Origin: Mycolicibacterium smegmatis
Lineage (GTDB): Bacteria; Actinomycetota; Actinomycetes; Mycobacteriales; Mycobacteriaceae
Length of the DNA: 32,000 bases
NCBI RefSeq assembly: GCF_001457595.1
Contig: NZ_LN831039.1
Span: 5,820,001-5,852,000, forward strand
Reading direction: 5' to 3'
The notes under the pieces are model-generated. The model saw only the letters and a program-made list of their open reading frames with translations. It was not told the origin of the DNA and ran no database searches. Shown piece by piece: positions 8,354 through 16,457 of the stretch. A program made the position numbers and the translations under genes. Position 1 is the first letter of the stretch. Each line of letters starts with the position of its first letter.

Positions 8354-9912
8354 GAGACGGACGCGGCGACCAGGGTGTCGCGCTTGGCCAGCACGTAGTA
8401 CAGGCCGAACGCGATACCGCAGCCGATGAACCAGCTGTACTGGGCGGCCGTGTGCATGCCGGCCACGGACCCGCCGAGCAGCACCGGGATCACCGCCAGG
8501 ACCGCACCCACCACGGTCGCGATCACGGCAACCTTGTTGTAGCCCTTGGTGTACCAGTACTTGCCCGACTCGTCGAGGGTGAACATGTCGTCCACGATCA
8601 CCTTCTGCTTGCGCACCAGGTAGAAGTCGGCGATCAGCACACCGAACAGCGGGCCGATGAACGCGCCGAGGGTCTCCAGCGTGTAGTGGATGACCTCGGG
8701 GTTGTTGTAGAGGTTCCACGGCGTGATCAGCACCGAACCGACCGCGGCGATCATGCCGCCTGCACGCCAACTGATGCGCTGCGGGCTGACGTTGGAGAAG
8801 TCGAACGCCGGCGAGATGAAGTTCGCGACGATGTTGATACCGATCGTGGCGATCGCGAACGTCAACGCGCCCAGTACGATCGCGAACGTGCTGTCGATGC
8901 GGGCCACGGTCTCGACGGGATCGGTGATGAGCTCGCCGAACACCGGAAGCGTCAGCGACGCCGTGACCACCACGAGCACCGAGAACACCAGGAAGTTGAC
9001 CGGCAGGCCAAGGAAGTTGCCCTTCTTGACCGCGGCGAATGTCCTGCCGTAGCGCGAGAAGTCACCGAAGTTGAGCATCGGCCCCGAGAAGTACGACACC
9101 ACCAGCGCGATCGCGCCGAGCATCACCGGCACCGACGACCAGCCAGTGTAGGTGACCTCACCGAGGCTCAGATCGATTGCGCCCCAACCGGCCTGAAAGA
9201 TCAGGTAACCGCACAGCAGGAACATCACCACGTACACCGCGGGCCCGCAGAAGTCGATGAACTTGCGGATCGATTCCATGCCGCGCCAGAACACACATGC
9301 CTGCAGCACCCACAGCAACAGGAAGCTGCCCCAGCCCAGCAGCGACAGCCCCGCGAAACCGTAGTCGTCGACCACTGCGTACGGCGCCAGGGCCGGGAAC
9401 AGCTTGACCAGCACGATGTCGAGGGCCGCCGAGGCCAGGAACGTCTGGATGCCGTACCAGGCGACGGCGATCAGACCGCGGATGATGGCCGGGATGTTGG
9501 CGCCCAGCACACCGAACACGGTGCGGCAGATCACCGGATACGGCACACCGGTCTGCTGGCTGGGTTTGGCGACCAGGTTGCAGAACACGTTGACGATCGA
9601 GATGCCGATCAGCAGCGCCACCAGCACCTGCCAGCTGGCCAGGCCCAGCGCGAACAGGCTGCCCGCCGTGACGTAGCCGCCGACACTGTGCACGTCGGAC
9701 ATCCAGAAGGCGAAGATGTTGTAGGAGCCCCACTTCTGCTGGCGCAGCGGGGCGAGGTCTTCGTTGGTCAGTCTCGGGTCGTAGCCCGGTTTGATGGCGC
9801 CGCTGCCGATGGGGTGACCGGCCGCTTCGACGAGATCGCCGGCCGCGACGGGGAAGCTCCCGTCGGGGCCGGCCGGTCCGCCGCCTGCGTTGGGTACTGC
9901 GGTTTCTGTCAT
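8350..9912 (-). CDS. NCS1 family nucleobase:cation symporter (allantoin/hydantoin/cytosine-type permease)
   Basis: 520-aa strongly hydrophobic ORF with about 12 predicted helices. The N-terminal NEDLAP...R.W pattern is typical of NCS1 transporters. Context is allantoin catabolism. Confidence 0.85.
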   Translation of the reverse strand: MTETAVPNAGGGPAGPDGSFPVAAGDLVEAAGHPIGSGAIKPGYDPRLTNEDLAPLRQQKWGSYNIFAFWMSDVHSVGGYVTAGSLFALGLASWQVLVALLIGISIVNVFCNLVAKPSQQTGVPYPVICRTVFGVLGANIPAIIRGLIAVAWYGIQTFLASAALDIVLVKLFPALAPYAVVDDYGFAGLSLLGWGSFLLLWVLQACVFWRGMESIRKFIDFCGPAVYVVMFLLCGYLIFQAGWGAIDLSLGEVTYTGWSSVPVMLGAIALVVSYFSGPMLNFGDFSRYGRTFAAVKKGNFLGLPVNFLVFSVLVVVTASLTLPVFGELITDPVETVARIDSTFAIVLGALTFAIATIGINIVANFISPAFDFSNVSPQRISWRAGGMIAAVGSVLITPWNLYNNPEVIHYTLETLGAFIGPLFGVLIADFYLVRKQKVIVDDMFTLDESGKYWYTKGYNKVAVIATVVGAVLAVIPVLLGGSVAGMHTAAQYSWFIGCGIAFGLYYVLAKRDTLVAASVS

Positions 9913-9930
9913 GGCCCGACGCTAGGAACG

Positions 9931-9947
9931 ATGTGTTTCGCCCACAT
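9931..9947. promoter_or_regulatory. Palindrome ATGTG-N7-CACAT upstream of the permease gene (candidate GntR operator)
   Basis: Seen in the 74-bp, comparatively AT-rich gap between the GntR stop (9987) and the permease start (9912). Only 5-bp arms. Confidence 0.2.
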
Positions 9948-9986
9948 TTCGTCCGAGCTATGCATCAATTTCGCAAAAGATATATT

Positions 9987-10682
9987 TCAGGCCAGCAGTC
10001 CGGTGCCTGTGGGCAGCACCGCGATGACCGCGTTGAGCCTGGCCGCATGGGCCTCGGAGGCCGCGACCAGGCGTTCGGCGTCGCGCATCAGGAACGCATC
10101 GAGCATCTCGCGGTGATCGGCGTGCAACTGAACGCGCTCGTCGGCGCGCACGTGCACCATCGACTGCACGGGTTCGGTGACGTTCCACGCCGCTTCCAGC
10201 ATGTGCAGCAACCGGTGCATGCGCGACGGCCGGGTGAGCGCGGCGTGGAACTGGCGACTCTCGCGGTGGTAGGTCGCCGCGTCGTCGTCGGCGATCGCCT
10301 GTTCGAGCACCGCGTTGGCCGCGATCGCGGCGTCCCGGTCGGCTTCTGTCGCGTTGGCCACCGCGGCCATCAGTGACGCAGACTCCAAAGTCTCGCGCAC
10401 GATGTACATTTCGCGCAGTTCCTGCGCGGTCAGCAGCGCGACCGTGTAGCCCGCGTTGCGCCGGTGGGCCACCAGGCCTTCCCCGATGAGCGTTTTGAGC
10501 GCCTCACGCACCGGGATCTGGCTGACCCCGAACACCTCGGCCACCTCGGCGAGCGGGATCGGGGTACCCGGCGGCACACCGCCGTCGAGGATGGCGCGGC
10601 GCAGTTCGTCGAGCACGGCCTGCTGCGACGGCGCCACCGCCACCAACTGCTGCAGCAGTGCCGAACGCCGATGAGGCCGCAT
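9987..10682 (-). CDS. GntR family transcriptional regulator (FadR/FCD subfamily)
   Basis: HTH pattern GTPIPLAEVAEVFGVSQIPVREALKTLIGEGLV followed by an all-helical FCD-like C-terminal domain. ATG 10682 preferred; GTG 10709 is also possible. Confidence 0.85.
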   Translation of the reverse strand: MRPHRRSALLQQLVAVAPSQQAVLDELRRAILDGGVPPGTPIPLAEVAEVFGVSQIPVREALKTLIGEGLVAHRRNAGYTVALLTAQELREMYIVRETLESASLMAAVANATEADRDAAIAANAVLEQAIADDDAATYHRESRQFHAALTRPSRMHRLLHMLEAAWNVTEPVQSMVHVRADERVQLHADHREMLDAFLMRDAERLVAASEAHAARLNAVIAVLPTGTGLLA

Positions 10683-10727
10683 GTCCGGCCATGTTAAGTC
10701 ACCGCACACGCGTGCGCGCGCCGAGAA

Positions 10728-11672
10728 TCACAGCGACGCGGCGACGGCCCAGAGCTCCTCCAGATCGTTCTGCTCGACCTGCAGGGGGCTGAGCACCACA
10801 TCGGTGGCCCCGGCGTCGAGGTAGCTCTGCAACTTCTCACGCACCTGATCGGGCGAGCCCAGCGCCGCGAGCTCGGTGAGATCGCTGATCCCTTCGCGGG
10901 CGATGACCTTCTGGTACGACGGGATGGTCGCATAGAACGCGAGTTGTTCGGCGGCGGTCCGGCGGGCGGTCTCGGCGTCGTCGGACAGCACGACCGGCAC
11001 CATCGCGGTGACGCGTGGTTGCGGGCGGCCCGCGGCCTCGGCGGCGTCATTGATGGTGGGCACGATGAACTCACTGAGCGTGCGTGGACCCGCCAGGTAC
11101 GGCAGGGTTCCGTCGGCATACTCTCCGGTGATGCGTAAGGCCTTGGGCCCCATGGCCGCAACGTAAATCGGGATCGGCGTGCCGCCGGCCACCTGGACGG
11201 GCCACTGCAATTCGATGGAGTACTCGGCACCGCGGAAGTTGGCGTCGCCCCTTTCGAATGCCCCGCGCAGCACCTGGAGGTACTCGTGCAGTCGGTTGAC
11301 GGTGTTGGTCCGGTCGATGCCGAACGCGTAGTGCTCGATCACCCGCGCGCCCAGGCCGAGCCCCAGCGTGAAGTTTCCGTGCGCGGCGGCCTGCGCGGTC
11401 TGGGCGGCCGCGGAGATCACCAGCGGGTGGCGCGGGTTGATCGGCACCACAGCGGTCCCGACGCCCAATCCCGGTACCGCGGCGCCGATCAGACCGGCCG
11501 CGGCGATCGCGTCGATGTCGGCCTGCTGGGCCAGCCAGATCTGCTTGACCCCGATGTCGTGGGCGCGGCGCGCGTCGGCTATCAGACCGTCGATGGCGTT
11601 GGCGGCGGAAGGGTTGATTCTGAGCATCACTCCGGTCGGCATGATCACACTCAACCGAGTGCCCCCTGGCAC
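10728..11672 (-). CDS. Luciferase-like monooxygenase (LLM) class, probably F420-dependent oxidoreductase
   Basis: 314-aa ORF with a TIM-barrel LLM pattern (GLGLGARVIEHYAFG..., IYVAAMGPKALRITGEYADG). The start is uncertain (ATG 11672, 11642 or 11627). Confidence 0.75.
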   Translation of the reverse strand: MPGGTRLSVIMPTGVMLRINPSAANAIDGLIADARRAHDIGVKQIWLAQQADIDAIAAAGLIGAAVPGLGVGTAVVPINPRHPLVISAAAQTAQAAAHGNFTLGLGLGARVIEHYAFGIDRTNTVNRLHEYLQVLRGAFERGDANFRGAEYSIELQWPVQVAGGTPIPIYVAAMGPKALRITGEYADGTLPYLAGPRTLSEFIVPTINDAAEAAGRPQPRVTAMVPVVLSDDAETARRTAAEQLAFYATIPSYQKVIAREGISDLTELAALGSPDQVREKLQSYLDAGATDVVLSPLQVEQNDLEELWAVAASL

Positions 11673-11687
11673 TATTCCGCCGGACGC

Positions 11688-12566
11688 CTAACGGCAGATC
11701 ATCACCGGAACGGGGCTGTGGTGCAGTAGGTTCAGGCTCGTCGAGCCCAGCAGCACCCCGGCCAGCGCGTTGCGGCCACGGGTACCGACCACCAGCAGCT
11801 GGGCGTCGCCCGCGTGCTTCATGAGCGCCTTGGCGGGCGAGGCGACCTCGACGTAGCACTTCGCCTCGACGTTCGGATGCGCGCTCGCGGCCTTGTCGAC
11901 CGTCTCGGTGAGCGCGACGAGCTCGGCGGCCTCGACACCTTCCCAGTCGATGACGAACGGAACGGTCACGCCGGTTTCGGCGGGCACGTGCAGCGACATC
12001 GACCGCACCGCGCGCAGCGGCGCGCCGAGCTTGTCGGCCAACTCCAGCGCCGCGGCCAGCGCGTGCTCGGCGGCCGGGCTGTCGTCGATCCCGACGACGA
12101 TCGGGCCGTCACCGGGCTCGAGGTGCTCACCGCGGTACGCCACCACGGGGCACTCGGCATGCCGGGCCACCGACAGCGAGGTCGACCCGACCAGCAACGC
12201 CGCTGTCGGTGTCACGGCCTTGCCGCCGAGGACCACCAGACGGGCCTGCTTGCCTGCCTCGATCAGCGCCTGGTCGGCCGGTTCGTTGAGCGACGACGTG
12301 GTGATGGCCAGCCCGGGCCGCTCGGCGGCGACCGAATCCACCGCGGCCTTGAGGAAGATCTCGGCGCAGTCCTGCTGATAGGTCATCATCGCCGCGACCA
12401 TCGCGCCCGCACTCTCGGTGAGGTTGCGGCCGAGTGTGGGCAGGGCGTGCAGGATGTGCAGCGGCGCGCCGAGCTTCTCGGCCAGCGCACCGGCCCACCG
12501 CGCGGCGTTCACCGCGCTGTCGCTGCCGTCGATGCCGACCACGACCGGAGCTGTCGAAGTGCTCAT
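11688..12566 (-). CDS. Universal stress protein, tandem USP domains
   Basis: 292-aa ORF with two USP repeats. ATP-binding-type motif VVGTRGRNALAGVLLGSTSLNLLHHSPVPVMI at the C-terminus, and VVLGGKAVTPTAALLVGSTSLSVARHAECPVV in the first domain. Confidence 0.88.
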   Translation of the reverse strand: MSTSTAPVVVGIDGSDSAVNAARWAGALAEKLGAPLHILHALPTLGRNLTESAGAMVAAMMTYQQDCAEIFLKAAVDSVAAERPGLAITTSSLNEPADQALIEAGKQARLVVLGGKAVTPTAALLVGSTSLSVARHAECPVVAYRGEHLEPGDGPIVVGIDDSPAAEHALAAALELADKLGAPLRAVRSMSLHVPAETGVTVPFVIDWEGVEAAELVALTETVDKAASAHPNVEAKCYVEVASPAKALMKHAGDAQLLVVGTRGRNALAGVLLGSTSLNLLHHSPVPVMICR

Positions 12567-12598
12567 ACCTCGATCCTGCTGATCGACGTCTCTGCAGA

Positions 12599-12645
12599 CA
12601 ATGGCCGAAAGTCCCTAATCGGGACGCGGCCGAAAGTCCCTAATC
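12599..12645 (-). promoter_or_regulatory. Two tandem DosR/DevR-like boxes upstream of the USP gene
   Basis: The 18-bp direct repeat GGCCGAAAGTCCCTAATC occurs at 12603-12620 and 12628-12645 (25-bp period). On the USP strand each reads TTAGGGACTTTCGGCC. This matches the left half and about 14/20 positions (box at 12624-12643) of the DosR consensus TTSGGGACTWWAGTCCCSAA. Confidence 0.45.
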
Positions 12646-13722
12646 CCAGCCGATGTCCTCGATGCTCGTCGAGCCCTGCGGCGGTTTGCCGGGCGTGGGC
12701 GCCGGGGTGCGCGAGAACCGCGGCGCGGGGGCGGCCTGGGCCACGCCGTCGACGTCGATCAGCGTCGAGCGTTCCCGCAGGTGGGCGTTCTCGGCGGCCT
12801 CGCCCCACGTGAGCACGGGCGTCACGCACGCGTCGGTGCCCGCGAAGATCTCCGTCCACTCGGCGCGGGTCTTCGTCTTGAACCGTTCGGTGAAGATCTT
12901 GCGCATCTCGTCGTAGCGCCCGATCTCGAACTGGCCCGGAATCTCGTCGGCCGCGAGTCCCAGGCCCGCGACCAGCTGCGCGAAGAACTGCGGTTCGATC
13001 GAACCGACCGCCATGTAACCGCCGTCGGCGGTCTCGTAGCACCGGTAGAACGGGGCGCCGCCGTCGAGCAGGAACGACTCCCGCTCGTCGCGCAACGACC
13101 CGGTGGCCCGCATGGTCCACATCATCTGCGCGAGCATGCTCACGCCGTCGACCATCGCGGCGTCGATCACCTGCCCCTTGCCGGACCGCTCACGCTCGTA
13201 CAGGGCCGAGACGATGCCGACGAGCACCAGCATCGACCCGCCGCCGAAATCGGCGACCAGGTTCATGGGCGCGACGGGCGGCCGGTCGCGGTAGCCGATG
13301 GCCGACAACGCGCCCGTCTGCGACAGGTAGTTGATGTCGTGGCCCGCGGTCTGCGCGAGCGGGCCGTCCTGACCCCACCCGGTGATGCGCGCGAAGATCA
13401 GCCGCGGGTTGACCGCCTCGCACTCCTTCGGGCCGATACCGAGGCGCTCACACGTGCCGGGGCGGAAGCAGTCCAGCAGCACGTCGGCCTTGGCCACCAG
13501 GTCGAGCAGCTTGGCGGGCTCGGCCTTGACGTCGAGGTCGACGATGCGCTTTCCACGGTGCAGCAGGTCCACGTTCTCGGCGGGCAGGGTCAGCCCACCC
13601 GGGCGGCGGACCCGGACCACGTCGGCGCCGAGATCGGACAGCATCATCGCGGCGTGCGGCCCGGGGCCGATTCCTCCGAGTTCGACAACCCTCACGCCAG
13701 ACAGGGGGCCGGTCTTCGTCAT
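12640..13722 (-). CDS. far: Alpha-methylacyl-CoA racemase / CaiB-BaiF family III CoA-transferase
   Basis: ATG 13722 gives 360 aa: [38 protein letters not shown]... The family III CoA-transferase signature is clear and it corresponds to Rv0855. The 841-aa track ORF extends upstream as antisense of pdc and is rejected. Confidence 0.85.
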   Translation of the reverse strand: MTKTGPLSGVRVVELGGIGPGPHAAMMLSDLGADVVRVRRPGGLTLPAENVDLLHRGKRIVDLDVKAEPAKLLDLVAKADVLLDCFRPGTCERLGIGPKECEAVNPRLIFARITGWGQDGPLAQTAGHDINYLSQTGALSAIGYRDRPPVAPMNLVADFGGGSMLVLVGIVSALYERERSGKGQVIDAAMVDGVSMLAQMMWTMRATGSLRDERESFLLDGGAPFYRCYETADGGYMAVGSIEPQFFAQLVAGLGLAADEIPGQFEIGRYDEMRKIFTERFKTKTRAEWTEIFAGTDACVTPVLTWGEAAENAHLRERSTLIDVDGVAQAAPAPRFSRTPAPTPGKPPQGSTSIEDIGWD

Positions 13723-13740
13723 GCGAGGCAGACTAGCGGC

Positions 13741-15408
13741 ATGACCGATGACGGCTACACAGTCGGTGACTACCTCCTGGACCGGCTCGCCGAACTCGGC
13801 GTGACCGAGGTCTTCGGCGTCCCCGGCGACTATCAGCTGGAGTTCCTCGACCACGTCGTGGCGCACCCGCGCATCACGTGGGTCGGCGGCGCGAACGAAC
13901 TCAACGCGGGCTACGCGGCCGACGGCTACGGCCGGCTGCGGGGCATGGCGGCGTTGGTCACCACGTTCGGCGTCGGTGAGCTCTCGGCGGCCAACGCCAT
14001 CGCAGGCAGCTACGCCGAGCACGTCCCGGTGGTGCACATCGTCGGCGCGCCGTCGAAGGATTCGCAGGCCGCGCGGCGCATCGTGCACCACACGCTGGGT
14101 GACGGCGATTTCGAGCACTTCCTGCGCATGAGCCGCGAGATCACCTGCGCGCAGGCCAATCTGGTGCCCGCCACGGCGACCCGCGAGATCGACCGCGTGC
14201 TCTCGGAGGTGCACGAGCAGAAGCGGCCCGGCTATCTGCTGATCGCGACCGACGTCGCCCGCTTCCCCACCGAACCACCGACCGCCCCGCTGCCGCGCCA
14301 CAGCGGGGGCACCAGCCCACGGGCGCTGTCGCTGTTCACCGAGGCCGCAACGCAACTCATCGGCGAGCACCGGTTGACCGTGCTGGCCGATTTCCTGGTG
14401 CACCGCATGGGATGCGTCGAGGCGCTCAACAAGCTGCTGACCGCCGACACCGTGCCGCACGCCACGCTGATGTGGGGCAAGAGCCTGGTCGACGAGAGTT
14501 CGCCGAACTTCCTGGGCATCTACGCCGGTGCGGCCAGTGAGGGCTCGGTGCGCGAGGTGATCGAGGACGCGCCTGTGCTGGTGACCGCAGGTGTGCTGTT
14601 CACCGACATGGTCAGCGGGTTCTTCAGCCAGCGCATCGACCCGGCACGCACGATCGACATCGGGGTCAACCAGAGCGTCGTCGCCGGGCAGGTGTTCGCG
14701 CCGCTGGACATGGCTGCCGCGCTCGACGCGCTCGCGTCGATCCTCGCCGAACGCGGCATCGAGTCGCCCGCACTGCCGCCGGCCCCCGCACCGCAGCGGC
14801 CCGCAGCGCCGCCGCGTGACGCGGTGCTTACACAGGAAGCGTTGTGGGACAGGCTCGCCGAGGCGTTGACGCCGGGCAACGTGGTGCTCGCCGACCAGGG
14901 CACGTCTTTCTACGGCCTGGCCGGGCACCGGCTGGCGTCGGGCGTGACATTCATCGGTCAGCCGTTGTGGGCGTCGATCGGCTACACACTGCCCGCCGCG
15001 CTCGGCGCGGGCCTGGCCGACCGCGACCGGCGCACGGTGCTGCTGATCGGCGACGGCGCAGCGCAGTTGACGGTGCAGGAACTCGGCGCGTTCGGCCGCG
15101 AGGGGCTCACGCCCGTGGTGGTGGTCGTCAACAACAACGGCTACACCGTGGAGCGCGCGATCCACGGTGTCACGGCCCGCTACAACGACATCACGGCGTG
15201 GCAGTGGACCGAGTTGCCGGCCGCACTCGGTGTGCCCGATGCGCTGACGTTCCGCTGCGCCACCTACGGCGAACTCGACGACGCACTGACCGTCGCCGCC
15301 GAGACGCAGGACCGCATGGTGTTCGTCGAGGTGATGCTTGAGCGCATGGACATTCCGCCGCTGCTGGGCGAGCTGGCACAGTCGGCCTCGGCCGCCAACG
15401 CCAAATAG
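13741..15408 (+). CDS. pdc: Thiamine-diphosphate-dependent alpha-keto-acid (indolepyruvate/phenylpyruvate-type) decarboxylase
   Basis: ATG 13741 gives 555 aa: [31 protein letters not shown]... ThDP motif [32 protein letters not shown]. Counterpart of Rv0853c. Confidence 0.88.
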   Translation: MTDDGYTVGDYLLDRLAELGVTEVFGVPGDYQLEFLDHVVAHPRITWVGGANELNAGYAADGYGRLRGMAALVTTFGVGELSAANAIAGSYAEHVPVVHIVGAPSKDSQAARRIVHHTLGDGDFEHFLRMSREITCAQANLVPATATREIDRVLSEVHEQKRPGYLLIATDVARFPTEPPTAPLPRHSGGTSPRALSLFTEAATQLIGEHRLTVLADFLVHRMGCVEALNKLLTADTVPHATLMWGKSLVDESSPNFLGIYAGAASEGSVREVIEDAPVLVTAGVLFTDMVSGFFSQRIDPARTIDIGVNQSVVAGQVFAPLDMAAALDALASILAERGIESPALPPAPAPQRPAAPPRDAVLTQEALWDRLAEALTPGNVVLADQGTSFYGLAGHRLASGVTFIGQPLWASIGYTLPAALGAGLADRDRRTVLLIGDGAAQLTVQELGAFGREGLTPVVVVVNNNGYTVERAIHGVTARYNDITAWQWTELPAALGVPDALTFRCATYGELDDALTVAAETQDRMVFVEVMLERMDIPPLLGELAQSASAANAK

Positions 15409-15418
15409 CGCGTGAGGT

Positions 15419-15859
15419 TCAGCCCTTCTTGACCTTGAGCACCTGTTTGCGCAGGCCGTCGGTCGCGGTCTCGACCCCGCCCTTCATGGTGCGCTTGACG
15501 ATGAACCCGGGCAGCGGCACCGACAGGTCGATCGAGATGTCGAAACGCACCTTGGTCTTGTCGCCCTGCGGCGTCAGGGTGTAGCTGGCGTCCTGCGCCT
15601 TGAGCTGGCCGGCGCTCATCAGCGTCCAACTCACCTTGTTCTCCGACCACGTGTACTCGATGACCTGGTCGTCGGTGAGCCCCGCGGCCTTGACCGTCAT
15701 CTTGGCCCGGCGCGGCCTGCCGTCGTCGTAGCGTTCGGTGATCTCGGCGTGGGTGTACTGCGGTGACCAACTCGGCGTCGACTCGACGTCCGCGATGACG
15801 TCGAGGATCTCCTCGGGTGACGCCTCGATCAGCACTTCTCGGGAATCGCTGGTTGCCAT
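15419..15859 (-). CDS. SRPBCC (polyketide cyclase/dehydrase-like) family protein
   Basis: 146 aa from ATG 15859 (GTG 15868 also possible). EASPEEILDVIADVESTPSWSP... is typical of the START/Bet v1-like fold. Rv0854/0856/0857-like context. Confidence 0.7.
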   Translation of the reverse strand: MATSDSREVLIEASPEEILDVIADVESTPSWSPQYTHAEITERYDDGRPRRAKMTVKAAGLTDDQVIEYTWSENKVSWTLMSAGQLKAQDASYTLTPQGDKTKVRFDISIDLSVPLPGFIVKRTMKGGVETATDGLRKQVLKVKKG

Positions 15860-15891
15860 GCCGCGCACCTTATCGGGCTACTCTCGACGTC

Positions 15892-16239
15892 ATGTCCAGA
15901 ACCGTCGATCCGAGCGTCCCACCCGCCGGGACCGGATGCGCGGAATGTGATGCGGCAGGAGGTTGGTGGGTGCACCTGCGGCGGTGCGCCAAATGCGGGC
16001 ACATCGGCTGCTGCGACGACTCGCTGGGCCGGCATGCCGCGGCGCACTGGCGCGAGACCAAGCACCCCGTGATCCGGTCGTTCGAGCCCGGCGAGGACTG
16101 GTTCTGGAACTATGCCGAGAACGCGTACATCGACGGTCCGGAGTTGGCGCCGCCGCAACACCATCCCGCGGATCAACCGGTGCCCGGTCCGCGCGGGCGC
16201 GTGCCCACCGACTGGGCCGACCGATTGCGGGCGCGTTAG
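15892..16239 (+). CDS. UBP-type zinc-finger domain protein
   Basis: 115 aa from ATG 15892. Cys/His ligand pattern CAECDAAGGWWVHLRRCAKCGHIGCCDDSLGRHAAAHW. Confidence 0.75.
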   Translation: MSRTVDPSVPPAGTGCAECDAAGGWWVHLRRCAKCGHIGCCDDSLGRHAAAHWRETKHPVIRSFEPGEDWFWNYAENAYIDGPELAPPQHHPADQPVPGPRGRVPTDWADRLRAR

Positions 16240-16457
16240 AGATCGGCGAGCGCGGGCGGTCGACATGGCCTTTCGGCCCCGGACGGGTTGGGCGCATCAG
16301 CAGGTCGGCATACCCGTCGGCCGCCTTCCTGGCGACCAGCTGGGAACTCGCTGAAAACGCTCCTCACCCATCGGGCGCAACCTGCCGATTTTCCGATGTG
16401 CACCAGCTCACGGTCACAGGAATGAATATCTGCGAGGTACAGCGGCTTTTTCCTCGT

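Noticed and set aside
12603-12645. 25-bp-period direct repeat as a CRISPR or MIRU/VNTR locus
   Set aside because: There are only two units, the 7-bp spacer is far too short for CRISPR, and no cas genes are present. It is better explained as tandem regulator-binding sites.
15963-16457. N-terminal 165-codon extension of the CAR ORF; analogous extensions of ORFs 12640..15165, 12781..15408, 7646..8770, 20960..22180 and 4305..5699
   Set aside because: The extensions overlap neighbouring supported genes and have junk-like composition. Internal starts give products of canonical length, with N-termini typical of each family and often with stop/start overlaps to the upstream gene.
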